Source: Octopus bimaculoides (lineage: Eukaryota). Taken from it: DNA of 36,005 bases. Below are positions 9,846 to 22,091 of this stretch, piece by piece (positions within the stretch are counted from its first letter, which is position 1; each line of letters opens with the position of its first letter). The stretch is from the NCBI RefSeq assembly GCF_001194135.2, contig NC_068985.1, positions 64,545,886-64,581,890 of the forward strand, read 5' to 3'. Both the position numbers and the translations under genes were made by a program. The notes beneath the pieces were generated by a model, which saw only the letters and a program-made list of their open reading frames with translations, was not told the origin of the DNA and did not search any database.

Positions 9846-12284
9846 CAGGAAAATAAAAGAAAGAGTGATACAACATTGGCATCTCAAGGTAGAAATACAG
9901 AGGCGGCTCCATCTGAGGTGGAAAGACTAACAGCAACAAAAGAAGGGCCAGCGTCAGAAACAGCAGCACCACCATCACCACCACTGTTACCATCAAAATT
10001 TACAAGCACTTTAGCAGAGAGGATCTCCCAGGGTTTTCCCCAACCCAGCTCTCCACCTCCCTCTCTCTCAAACACACGATCACACATAAACACCCATACA
10101 AGCACAAGTACCCACCAACCCATTTCGGGGACGGATTACACAGACTCCGATTCCTATACATCCCAAAGTGAGGATGAGGAGGAACGAAAAAAAACAAAAC
10201 AATCCAAATGAAAGCGCAGGAGGAAAACATCCCGATCCACACCAACATAAAAAGTACCGTCACACAGACAACAAACCCTCCAACTCAACAACCATTTATA
10301 ACAACAAGAGTTATCACCACCAGCACAACCAATACCTCCATAACCCCACCTTACCCTCAAAAGAAAGCTTTTGGAAGAACTGTTAAATTTTCAGACCCTG
10401 AATTTTGTGTCAGTGAGAGCAAATAAAGATCTCATTGCTCTCATGTCCAAAATAAAGAGATTGAGAGATGGAGTAATTCATGACACTAGCACCCTTAAAG
10501 TGCCAGAAGGGTTGTTGTTTGTGCGTATGCCACTAAAAACGTACAAGAACATTCAGAAGGTCTTCCCACACGACATAGGAACCCCTAATATAACAGCGTC
10601 CAAAAAACTTTTAAAGGGGTTCCTACAGAAACTCCAATCAGAACTGGAGGTCAGGCTATCCAGCCACCAACAGGACCGGTACGGTAAGTAACCTCACTCT
10701 TTTTCTTTCTCACAACTCTTTCTGACCGGCATGGGATTGATTAGAGTAGGCCATGTAAATGTTTGTGGCCTAGGTCACCCGGGAAGCAAGCATGCCTGCT
10801 CAAGAATCTCGGGTCACTCTCTATGAATGTGACAGCCATCAGCGAAACCAGGATTTCCAGAAGAGCTGTTTTTGTGTGTATGCCACTAACAATGTACAAG
10901 AACATTCAGGAGGTCCTCCCACACGATGTAGGAACCCCTAATATAACAGCGTCCAAAAGACTTTTAAAGCGGTTCCTACAGAAACTCTAACCAGAACTGG
11001 AGGCCAGGCCATCCAGCTGCCAAAAGCAACCAGAAGGTAAGTTGGTGGTCCTGGATGTGAGTAACAGTGAATGTAGTGCTTTCAGACTAGTCGCTGTGTA
11101 CGCCCCAACCGGGGCAGGGCAGTCAAATTTCTTCATACATTTAGAGGTTTTCTTTGGGATATCTCGCTCTTTAGTTGTACTTTGGATGCATGCCTGAATA
11201 GGGTGGGGCTAGCCGATAGGAGAGGTGGTGCAAAAGCCTCACAAGCCTGCTCAATTGTTTTCAGTTAGCTGACAGGTACCGACAAGATTTCCCAAGTGAG
11301 CCAATGTGGACAAGGACAAATATCACTGGGTCTTCCAGAAAGTATTTTGAGAGAATATTCTGTAGGCCAGTAGATAGAAGTAGCATAGGTCGTCCACAAT
11401 TCAAAGTCCTCGGCTACATAGAGCAAAGATTTGTGATCTGCACGGTCGACCTAGGCAGGGCCCCGGGCACTGGAAGATGAACACATCTTTCCCGGAGTGC
11501 CAAGCATTCACAAACCGGGCTAGCAAGTTAGTCCATTAGAAGTTGGCGGGCGTAATCGTCAACAACTGTTGGTGGATAGTCTTGAAAAGGCCCTTTAGGG
11601 TAAAGGAAGTAGGATTTAGTAAGGAATCTAGGATGAAGGGAAAGCTAGTTAGGAAGCTAGAAGAGGCACTAAGGAGTGGCATTGTGACTGACGTGATGGC
11701 AGCGAGATTATTGAACAGCTGTTGTCATGTGTAGGATAGGTCCGGTTATCAGCCAAGTTCATCGTGAAGATCGCACCACCATCTTCCTTTGGCCGGGAAG
11801 GAAAGGCAGTTTTCCTCTGTCTGGTGGCTATGGTGAAGGAGGTAGTGTGGTGGACAAGATTGAAAAGACTGAAGATAGATACTTTCCTCTTCAGTGAATC
11901 TCTCATCAATTTTTTCAAGTTCCACTTGAAAAGGGAGTGAGAGTAGAGAGAGAAGTTCTTCCCCCAGTAAATTTGTTGAAAGGTAGGTGAATATGGCGAG
12001 GATGGCCCATGTGAATGGGCCTACCCTGAACTTTCGTTTGTAAACCAGAGAAGTTGAGAAAGAGAAAGGCGTTCGCTGAGGTCAGGATAACGAATGTGTG
12101 GAGTTCCTCAGTTGTCCCTGTGAGGAACTCCCTACCTTTTGGGGGAATTTTTATTGTTTAATTGTTTTGTTAATTGTTTTTGTTACTTATTGTATACATG
12201 GCATTGTTCAACACCCCACTTATCCCTTGTATTGTATTGTCCTTATTTGTTTTGTGTTCGGCCATTCTGGCCAATAAAGAAACG
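9846..12284 (+). mobile_element. Tx1/L1-clade LINE copy B: ORF1 C-terminus, APE, ORF2 C-terminus and 3' UTR; RT absent
   Basis: ORF1 end FVRMPLKTYKNIQKVFPHDIG matches copy A (LVRVPLNIYKNIREVFPHDVG). ORF2 start MGLIRVGHVNVCGL..VTAISETR and APE continuing to about 11700. C-terminal VFLCLVAMVKEVVWWTRLK..INFFKFHLKR at about 11810-11940. AATAAA at 12273-12278, then (ATT)n. Confidence 0.8.

Positions 12285-12350
<66 letters not shown>
12285..12350. repeat. (ATT)n microsatellite shared tail-to-tail by Tx1 copy B (+) and X copy 2 (-)
   Basis: Direct reading. Confidence 0.97.
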
Positions 12351-12792
12351 GAGTGAGAGAGCAGTGTATGCCATCAAAGTGATACTGGGGTAAAATATAC
12401 GAAGTCCAGCATACTCATCATGACTACCCATCTGCTAAAGGTAAACCAGGCACATACATCACAGCCATATGTGTGCGACATAGTGATCTCATATCAAGAA
12501 AAACAGCATATAAACTTGCAGGTGAGGCCCAGTTTGAATAGCTCATCCCACTCAAAAGTTCTCTGAATAAGACTTGTTTAAGAATGTTGAACGAAACACC
12601 CATGTTTCCAGAGGTAAATTATTCAAACCCCAAAGAACTCCTCTCAACACATGGCTACGATGCTCCCCCACAACTTCTGCTTGTGATCAGAGATGCACAT
12701 ATCGTCAGCCACTGAGGGACATGCTCAACAGGTTATGGTCAAGCAGTTGACAAGTAAATCTATGGTACTGAGCAGAATATTTGCTATAGCCA
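12351..12792 (-). mobile_element. Family X retroposon, copy 2 (about 440 bp, 5'-truncated)
   Basis: Colinear with 22092-22550 and ends after GAATATTTGCTATAGCC. Confidence 0.88.
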
Positions 12793-12799
12793 ATGTGAG

Positions 12800-15282
12800 T
12801 CCTGGGATTTTCTCATACCACATCTTTGCTCATTTTAAGCCGTGGTTTCCACAGAGCTCCTAATGGATCATTCTTGCCACATTGTCATGTTGTCTTTTGT
12901 ACTCGCATTGTGCCAATTTTGAACATTCATTAACGAATTGCCATGCCGTTTCACACCTCTTACCACACATTCTGCATTTGTTGCTGCTGGTAGTGTTGCT
13001 TATTTTGTACTTCACATAGTTAGTCCTTACCGCTTGTTCTTGAACTGCGCATATAAGTGCTTCTGTATCTATCTTCAGGTCATTCTTCCTCATCTATAGC
13101 CACTGGTCTTCTGCATCTGTCTCGGCATTTGTATCTCTTGCAAACTTACCGTACATTTGTCCTCCTTTCATGTTGTTTCTTTTTTTGTGTTCTTTTCCTC
13201 TTTAAGTTTTCCTTTCTCTAATGACGCCGGCCTCTTCACATTTTTCAACAATGGTTCCACAGTATTTTATGCACACTACCCTAATCTGTTTTCCTCTGCT
13301 TTGATACAATGCTGGCAGCTGATTAAACCTCTTCCACTCTTTCTTCTGGACAAGTACAACCTATCAGTGTCACTCTTAGGGTGGAAGGCTCAGTGCACTG
13401 TCAATATTTTTCTTGTTTTCGTATCCATTTTCCTCAGTTCTTTCTTTTGTCATTTTATAATTCCAGCTCCATACCAAAGTGATGCTATCGCCCTTGTATT
13501 AACTACTTGGATTTTATTCCGTCTGGTCAATTTTGAGTACAACACCAATCTTAGTCTTCGAAAATATTCCATCCTCAGTTGCTCTTTCATTTCATGATCT
13601 CGTTGAACTCTAAGTATGCCAAGGTATTTGTAGCCTTCCATTTCAATTTGTTTAACCAGTTCTCTACTAGGTAATTCTATCCCCACTAGGGACTGTACCT
13701 AGCCTCTTTTTAGGTACAAAATCCACACCTCTTGAGTTCGAATTCCATTCTAATATCAGTACTAAAATAATGAACCGTGTTCCCCAAAGAACTCACTTGT
13801 GCCTCATCCTTGCCATACAGCCTCAAATCATCTATGAAGAGGAGGTTGTTGATTGTTTGAGATTTCCTATTTAGCTGATATCCCAGGTTCATTTTTCTAA
13901 CTACCAAAGTCAGAGGGATCATGCAGAGAAAAAAAAGCAACGGAGATAAACTATCACTCTGGAAAATCCCTCTTCTGATGCTCAGTGTGCCCAAGCGTTT
14001 TCTGTCAGATGTCAACTTAGTTTCCCACCCATCCATACTTCTATTCAGAAAACACGTTGCATTCTTCACAAGTCCAAACAGATCTAAGCACTCGATGATC
14101 CACAAATGTGGAATCATATCGTAAGCTTTGAGATAGTCAATCCAGGTCATTCCTGAATTTGTTCTCCTTCGTTTACAATCTTGCATTACCGTTTTGTATC
14201 AATAATTGGTCTTTGGTACCTCTACATTTCCTTGTGCATTACCTTCCATTAGTAACATATCGTTTTCATCAAGAAATTTGTACAGTTCTTCTGCAATTCC
14301 TCCTGGCAGTAACTTCTACATTAATGGGAGGCAAGAAATTGGCCTGTAATTGTCAGAAGCATTTCCTTTTATGTGTCCTTCAGACACAACATCGTTCGTC
14401 CTTTTGTCAACCAGCCCGGGATTTCTTCTCCATCAATTAATGCATTAAGTTGCTCTCTGATCAATTTATGATACCTACTGAACTTTTTTTAATACAAGAT
14501 CCCTGTACACCATCAGGTCCTGCTGCTTTCCAATTGCTTATTTTTTTTACTCATATTTCTGATACTGTCTTCTGTGAAGTAGACAACCTCTTGCTGGGGA
14601 TAAGAAGCTGTTTGCTTCAGGCTGCAGTCATTCAGCTGCTGTATTATGTTGTTCTTGCTTACACCATATCTTACTCCAGAACTGTTGACTTTCAACAGCA
14701 TCAGGAGCTAATCTTTCACATTCTTTATTATCATTAATCTCTTGGTAAAATCTTTTTTTGGTCGGTTCTAAATAATTTGTTTTGCCGGTATTGCTTAAAC
14801 TGTCGTTCAAACCTAGTTAGCTTTGCTTTTTTTTTGGCAGGTATGCGCTGCTTCAGTTCTTCGATTACAACATTCAGGCCATATGTATCTTCAACATACT
14901 TTTTCAAATTTACAACTATTCTTCTATTCTTTGCATGACAAGTATTGACACTACACTGCTCAGAGAAGTTATATCTTCTGAAATTCTCTCTTTCCAAGAA
15001 GGTTGTTTATTTCCTCTTCTATTCGTCAATGTTCTGTTCTCAGTAGTTTCCAATCCCATCCTTTCTGCCACAATCCTACTTGCAGCCTTGATGAACTTAT
15101 TTGTTTAAGTGATGTTCTTTGTTTCAATGTGTCTCAATACATTATTGATTTTACTCATCTCTTGATTTAGTCTCTATTGACTAGCCTTCTTGAAGTCACA
15201 CATAAATTCTGTCCCTTCTGTATTTAATAGATCCAAAATCCTGTTTATTATTAATTGGTCTTTATTATTTAAGTAGTCACTG
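12800..15282 (-). mobile_element. R4-clade (Dong-like) LINE: N-terminal region, RT and zinc knuckle; RLE missing
   Basis: Motifs WIDYLKAYDMIPH, GIFQSDSLSPLLF, LLFIDDLRLYG, EALICAVQEQAVRTNY, CRMCGKRCET..VNECSKLAQCEYKRQHDNVARMIH and WYEKIPG. The 5' end abuts (ATT)n at 15283. Confidence 0.9.

Positions 15283-15354
<72 letters not shown>
15283..15354. repeat. (ATT)n microsatellite between two head-to-tail Dong copies
   Basis: Direct reading. Confidence 0.97.
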
Positions 15355-16154
15355 TTCATACACATAAGTATTCTATCTGTCCCTAATAACACTGTTTTCT
15401 GGAGCTGGGTTTTATGCCTATTACTTCTATCCATCTGTTCAGATCTTTAGGGATAGTTCCCAATGCACCTATAACTACTGAGATACATTTTACCTGCACT
15501 TTCCATAGTCTCTGTAATTCAATAGCTAGGTCCTGGTACTTTGCTACTTTTTCTATACTTCTCATATTAATATTTTCATCATTTGGGACTCTAAAGTCAA
15601 TTCTCAGGCACTTTCTATTCTCTTTATCTACTACTACTAAATCAGGCCTTCTAGCTTCTATTACTCTGTCAGTCCCACAACATCTTATATTTCTTACCTT
15701 CTAGTACTTTACTAGGTTCATGTTCATACCATTTATCAGTATGTTCAAATCCTAGCTTTCTACATAGCTCCCTGTAGATTACTCTCACTAAATTGTCATG
15801 TATTTTCTTGTATTCTTTCTGTGCCAGCATGCTACATTCACGTACTATATGAGTAACACTTTTGATTTGCATAATCTACATTGAGAATCTACTTGGTTTT
15901 CGTCTATCTTGGCTTTTATCCAATTAGTCCTTAATACTTGATCTTATGCAGCTACTAACAAACTTTCTGTCTCCCTCTTCAGCTTTCCTTTCTGCAATCA
16001 TAACCGTGTCTCACTACTACTATTTGCAGCAACTATCTTTGGAAATATACCATGCAACGCCTTCTCCTGCCAGTCAGATAACTTTTGTTCTTTTTTCTGG
16101 TTTTTAAATTCGTTTGGGTTTTTGGTTTCCCTATGTCTTGCAGTGACTCTAGCA

Positions 16155-18126
16155 TCATCATCATCATCATCGTCGTCGTTTAACGTCCGCTTTCCATGCT
16201 AGCATGGGTTGGACGATTTGACTGAGAACTGATGAAACCAGATGGCTACACCAGGCTCCAATCTGATTTGGCAGAGTTTCTACAGCTGGATGCCCTTCCT
16301 AATGCCAACCACTCAGGGAGTGTAGTGGGTGCTTTTACGTGCCACCGGCACGAAGACCAGTTAGGAGGTACTNNNNNNNNNNNNNNNNNNNNNNNNNNNN
16401 NNNNNNNNNNNNNNNNNNNNNNNNNNNNNNNNNNNNNNNNNNNNNNNNNNNNNNNNNNNNNNNNNNNNNNNNNNNNNNNNNNNNNNNNNNNNNNNNNNNN
16501 NNNNNNNNNNNNNNNNNNNNNNNNNNNNNNNNNNNNNNNNNNNNNNNNNNNNNNNNNNNNNNNNNNNNNNNNNNNNNNNNNNNNNNNNNNNNNNNNNNNN
16601 NNNNNNNNNNNNNNNNNNNNNNNNNNNNNNNNNNNNNNNNNNNNNNNNNNNNNNNNNNNNNNNNNNNNNNNNNNNNNNNNNNNNNNNNNNNNNNNNNNNN
16701 NNNNNNNNNNNNNNNNNNNNNNNNNNNNNNNNNNNNNNNNNNNNNNNNNNNNNNNNNNNNNNNNNNNNNNNNNNNNNNNNNNNNNNNNNNNNNNNNNNNN
16801 NNNNNNNNNNNNNNNNNNNNNNNNNNNNNNNNNNNNNNNNNNNNNNNNNNNNNNNNNNNNNNNNNNNNNNNNNNNNNNNNNNNNNNNNNNNNNNNNNNNN
16901 NNNNNNNNNNNNNNNNNNNNNNNNNNNNNNNNNNNNNNNNNNNNNNNNNNNNNNNNNNNNNNNNNNNNNNNNNNNNNNNNNNNNNNNNNNNNNNNNNNNN
17001 NNNNNNNNNNNNNNNNNNNNNNNNNNNNNNNNNNNNNNACCTCTTCCACAGGTTCCCTCAACTGCTAGGGTGTGGCACTTTTTCACACAGCTATCCTCAT
17101 CCATTCTTGCTACATGACCATACCAGCGCAATTGTCTCTCTTGCACACCACAGCTGATGCTTCTTAAGTTCAACTTTTCTCTCAAAGTACTAACACTCTG
17201 TCTAGTATGCACACTGACATTGCACATCCATCGTAGCATACTGGCTTCATTCCTTGCGAGCCTACGCATGTCCTCAGCAGTCACGGCCCATGTTTCACTG
17301 CCATGAAGCATGGCTGTTCGTACACATGCGTCATACAGTCTGCCTTTTACTCTGAGTGAGAGGCCCCTTGTCACCAGCAGAGGTAAGAGCTCTCTGAACT
17401 TTGCCCAGGCTATTCTTATTCTAGTAGCTACACTTTCAGCGCGCCCTCCCCCACTACTAACTTGGTCACCTANNNNNNNNNNNNNNNNNNNNNNNNNNNN
17501 NNNNNNNNNNNNNNNNNNNNNNNNNNNNNNNNNNNNNNNNNNNNNNNNNNNNNNNNNNNNNNNNNNACACCTTTTCTACAGATCGAGTAGGGCCATCTAC
17601 CTGAAGGGGTTTGTGTTTTTCTACCTTCCTACTTATTAGGACTTTGGTTTTAGCTAGGTTGACTCTAAGGCCCTTCGATTCTAGTCCTTGCTTCCACACC
17701 TGAAACTTCTCCTCTAGTTCTGATAGTGACTCAGCAATTAGTGCAATGTCATCAGCATAGAGGAGCTCCCAGGGGCATCCTGTCTTGAATTCCTCTGTTT
17801 ATCGCCTGGAGGACTATAATAAATAGGAGGGGGCTGAGGACTGAACCTTGGTGGACCCCTACCTCTACCCGGAATTCTTTACTGTACTCGTTGCCAACCC
17901 TCACCTTACTGGCAGCGTCTCTGTACATGGCTCTCACAACTCTCACTAACCATTCTATCCCTAGTTTCCTCAATGACCACCAGATAAGGAATCGGGGGAC
18001 CCTGTCAAAGGCTTTCTCCATGTCAACGAAAGCCATGTACAGAGGTTTCTCTTGGGCTAGGTATTTCTCCTGCAGCTGTCTTACCAGAAATATAGCATCA
18101 GTGGTGCTTTTCCCTGGCACAAACCC
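16155..18126 (-). mobile_element. RTE-clade LINE, 5'-truncated, with long 3' UTR and (GAC/GAT)n tail
   Basis: Motifs GFVPGKSTTDAIFLVRQLQEK, FVDMEKAFDRVPR, GVHQGSVLSPLLF, YADD and LRWYGHVARM. The 3' end reads ...GCTAGCATGGAAAGCGGACGTTAAAC(GAC)n(GAT)n. Contains gaps 16373-17038 and 17473-17566. Confidence 0.92.
16373..17038. other. Largest assembly gap (others: 17473-17566, 20704-21080, 24529-24562, 26374-26473, 31277-31286, 32133-32330)
   Basis: Runs of N. Confidence 1.
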
Positions 18127-21080
18127 AGCTTTTAATAAACTTTCTTCACTATTATCTACGTAGGAGTCTACATCTACTCTAGCTAACTTCACATAGTCTC
18201 CTACTGATATTAACCCTATTCTGCCTTTCTTTCTAGGTAGGTATAATCTTGCTACTCCTGCCCTTGGAGTATAATTCCTTCCTAGTTCTTCTACCTTGCT
18301 TTGCTAATTCAGTTTTTGTCCAATCTACAAAAGCTGCTGATTATCTGAGTAATGATAATACCCAAGTATTTACAGGTTTCACTAGATTTGGACCATTTAG
18401 CTTTGACTTCATTAGCTCCCTCACCCTTCTGATGCACTCCTTCTCAATTTTCATTTTCATTTCTGTAGTTAGTACTCTGTCAGATTCTAATACTCCTAGA
18501 TACTTATAACTCTCTCCTCCTTTCAACGATTTTAATGTTTGGCCAACTGGTAATTGGATGCCTTTGCTATTGATTACCTCTCCCCTTCTCATGACTAATA
18601 TTGCACACTTATCTATGCCAAATTCCATGCCTATATCTTTGCTGAAGAGTCTTACAGTCTGTATTAAGGAGTCTATCTCTTTCATTCTTATTAAAAAGCT
18701 TCAGATTATCCATGTAGGGCAAATGGTTAATTTTTTACCTTACTATTTCTGAACTGATAACCTCCTCTGCCTTCTTTAATACTAAACTGAGGGGGATCAA
18801 ACATAAAACAAATATTAAAGGGGACGAGTACCCTGGAAAATTCCTCTTTTGATATTAACTTTCTCTAAGAGTGTGTTACCTGAGTAGAGATTTACTTTCC
18901 ATTTCTTCATGCTACAGCTAATTATTAATTCTCTTATGTTGTCTGAAATACTGAATATACTCAAACATTCACTTATCCATGAGTGTGGGATCATGTTATA
19001 GGCTTTCCTATAATCTATCCATGCTATTGTTAGACTTTTCTTTCTAGCTTTTACCTCATTTAAAACTGCTTTGTCTATGTATAATAGATCATGTGTTCTT
19101 CTAAGCTTCTTCCTGCAACATTTCTGTTTTTGTGGCAGTAAATTCTGGTTGTCAAGATGCTCGTAAATGCTTTCTGAAAGCATTCCTGTTAACAGCTTCC
19201 ACATTAATGGTAAGAAAGTGGTTGGTCTATAGTTGCTAGCTGTATTACCCTTACTCTTATCTTTCATGATGAGTATTGCCCTCCTGCTGGTCGTCCAATC
19301 TGGTATTAGTCCTCCATTAAGGTATCTACTAAATTTCTTTAGCCCTTGAACTAAATCTGGTCCTGAGCCCTTCCAATTATGCATTTTTCCTAACACTTCA
19401 CTCATTAATGCACTAGTTAATCTTAGATCTGGCTGCTTCTCACTCACTACTTCTTCCCTAATTTTCTTTGACCATACTGCATCTCCATTATGATTGACTG
19501 GTTTATCCCAAATATTACTCCAAATATTACTGCATTACTATCTAGCTTCTGCATTAGGTTTCTCATCTTCAGTACTTCATTCTCAACTATCTATTTGGTT
19601 ATAAAATTTTCTCTTGTTTGTCTCAAATAAGCTATTCTGTTGATACTGATCTATTCTTTTCTGATATCTGGGGAGCTTTTCTGCTACTGCTATGATACAC
19701 TGTTTCATCTCTTCTATTACTATCCCAAAACCTTCCTCTTTGATTAAGTATCTTTTCTCAAGGGAAGATTTGTATCTTATGTTTCCTAACTTGTTCAGTT
19801 TCCAGGCTTCTATTCTACTCAGATCTTGTCTTAATGTCTTCACTTTATTTTGTAGTCTTCTTTTCCACATTTTCTCTTTTTTAATCTTTCCTTGTGAGAT
19901 ATCTAATTTTCTGGTGGCTACGACCCCTCCTGCATAGATCAGTGAATTAGTGTCTCCTATATTTTTAGTATTTATCCAACTGGTAACAGAATCTACTTTC
20001 CTAGCCATTTCTAACAGCTTCCTTCTGTTGGTGCTTTTAATGCTGGCAATCTTTTTCATACTCCTTAACTCATTACTTCCTGCAACTCATCTAAAATCTT
20101 CTTATCTTCCTCACTTAAATCACTTAAGTCACTGGTGCCAGTTGTCCCTTCCTTATTGGTAGCGCTATTATTATTTTTTCCTTTAGATTCTTCTCTGGTT
20201 TGAGCTGTATCTCTTATGCTGTTGTTTGTCTTTCCAACTGCCTGATCTTCCTTTTCCAGTTCTCTTGTGATCTCTTCTACTTTCAATTCTGTCATCCACT
20301 TTCTTCTCCTAATAGCATTAGCTTGATCAACTAATCTCTGTTCAGTCACTTTAAACATACCCTTCTCTACCCAAAGTATTAACATCTGTTTCCTATAGCC
20401 CCTTCTTTTAAGTTCACTTTCTAAGTAGCACTGCATCACTATCCGGCTTTCTTCGCTGGTCCATTTCCTCCTCCTATTAGAATAACAGCTGTGGTCAGTC
20501 TGCATCTTTACTGAACCACTGCTGAGCAAGAGGCCTTCCTTTAATGGTCCAGCTTCATTTTTACTGTTACAACCAGAGTTCCTTGAAAAACTCCTGTCTC
20601 TCATAAACCAAGGTAAGGTAATGTTCATCACCATCGTCATCACCACTATATTTTTTGACATCTGAAAGTTTCTAGCAACTTTCTCTTGCATCAGTTGTTG
20701 CACNNNNNNNNNNNNNNNNNNNNNNNNNNNNNNNNNNNNNNNNNNNNNNNNNNNNNNNNNNNNNNNNNNNNNNNNNNNNNNNNNNNNNNNNNNNNNNNNN
20801 NNNNNNNNNNNNNNNNNNNNNNNNNNNNNNNNNNNNNNNNNNNNNNNNNNNNNNNNNNNNNNNNNNNNNNNNNNNNNNNNNNNNNNNNNNNNNNNNNNNN
20901 NNNNNNNNNNNNNNNNNNNNNNNNNNNNNNNNNNNNNNNNNNNNNNNNNNNNNNNNNNNNNNNNNNNNNNNNNNNNNNNNNNNNNNNNNNNNNNNNNNNN
21001 NNNNNNNNNNNNNNNNNNNNNNNNNNNNNNNNNNNNNNNNNNNNNNNNNNNNNNNNNNNNNNNNNNNNNNNNNNNNNNNN

Positions 21081-21268
21081 ATTTGACTGTGGCCATGCTG
21101 GAGCACCAACCTTTAGTCGAGCAAATCGACCCCAGGACTTATTCTTTGTAAGCCTAGTACTTATTCTATCGGTCTCTTTTGCTGAACCGCTAAGTTACGG
21201 GGACATAAACACACCACCATCGGTTGTCAAGCGATGTTGGGGGGACAAACACAAACACATAAACATAT

Positions 21269-21309
<41 letters not shown>

Positions 21310-21448
21310 TACAATGGGCTTCTTTCAGTTTCCATCTACTAAATCCACTCACAAAGCTTTGGTTGGCCCAAGGTGCCACACAGTTGGAATGAACCTGGAA
21401 CCATGTGGTTGGTAAGCAAGCTACTTATCACACAACCACTCCTGCACC
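21081..21448 (-). mobile_element. tRNA-derived CORE-type SINE (octopus OR1/OR2-like)
   Basis: Head GGTGCAGGAGTGGTTGTGTGATAAG..GGTTCCAGGTTCATTCC, CORE-like GGCACCTTGGGC, internal (TA/CA) tract. Homologous to 30368 and 31951. Family name from recollection. Confidence 0.8.
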
Positions 21449-22091
21449 TATGTGTTGATCTTTCTTCCATAGTTATAACCATGATTACAATTATTATTAA
21501 TGTATCATCAATTAACAATTTCATAGTATTTATGATTATCTGTCCACCATTCTTTCTCTTTTGGTTGACTTTTTAATGGGTTCTGCTTTTAGAGCATTTA
21601 ATGTTTTTAACTGAACACCTCCAATGGACATGTGTTTTATAGTTATAATTATAAATGATGTTTCAGCGAGAGACTGAGAAGAAATAGAAATGTGTATATA
21701 TACAAAGGTCTTGTATAAATATGGATGTATATGTAATTAAAATGTAAAATTCAAAATTTTACTCACAGGTTTGCAGTTTATGTATAGAAATGTGTTTACA
21801 TTTTTATGCACATGCTGCTGTAACGGTTCATTTGGGGGAAGTTATTTTTTGTATATATATATATATACTTCTATATATATATAAACAAAATCTTTCAGTT
21901 TCCTGAGATGGCTTACATTCAGACACACTTTTCTTTCATTGTTTTTGCAGATTCTTAATTTCTGTTTGGTGATGGTTTCAGATTTGATCTATCTTCCCAG
22001 AAGCTCGTTGTCACATGTCCATGCTGTCTGGTATTCACTGTGGTATCACTCTATTCACTGCAGTATTATTATTATTAAAATTATTATTATT

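Larger units (their letters stand above)
15355..20703 (-). mobile_element. Near full-length R4-clade (Dong-like) LINE (family 2), split by the RTE insertion at 16155-18126
   Basis: N-terminal RRKWTSEESRIVMQCYLES..RGYRKQM..EQRLVDQ. RT motifs NYRPTTFLPLMWKLLTG, AWIDYRKAYNMIPH, GIFQG, YMDNLKLF, EFGIDKC. Zinc knuckle HIVRECSMLAQKEYKKIHD. RLE motifs KVAKYQDLAIELQRLW and VVIGALG, ending LQKTVLLGT. The 5' end is lost in a gap. Confidence 0.92.

Noticed and set aside
16231-16245. CTGATGAAAC as a hammerhead core
   Set aside because: No stem II between CTGATGA and GAAA, and it lies antisense within the RTE 3' UTR.
16232-17374. Long ORFs of 270-340 aa in the track (also 20065-21342 and 31860-32544)
   Set aside because: They are open only because they run through N gaps.
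21380-21448. tRNA genes at the SINE heads (also 3475, 30368, 31951)
   Set aside because: No complete cloverleaf, and each continues into a SINE body.
21951-22030. Possible plus-strand exon after a strong TTTTTGCAG acceptor
   Set aside because: The donor (GTATTC) is weak, only one frame is open, the peptide is unrecognisable and no partner exon is evident.
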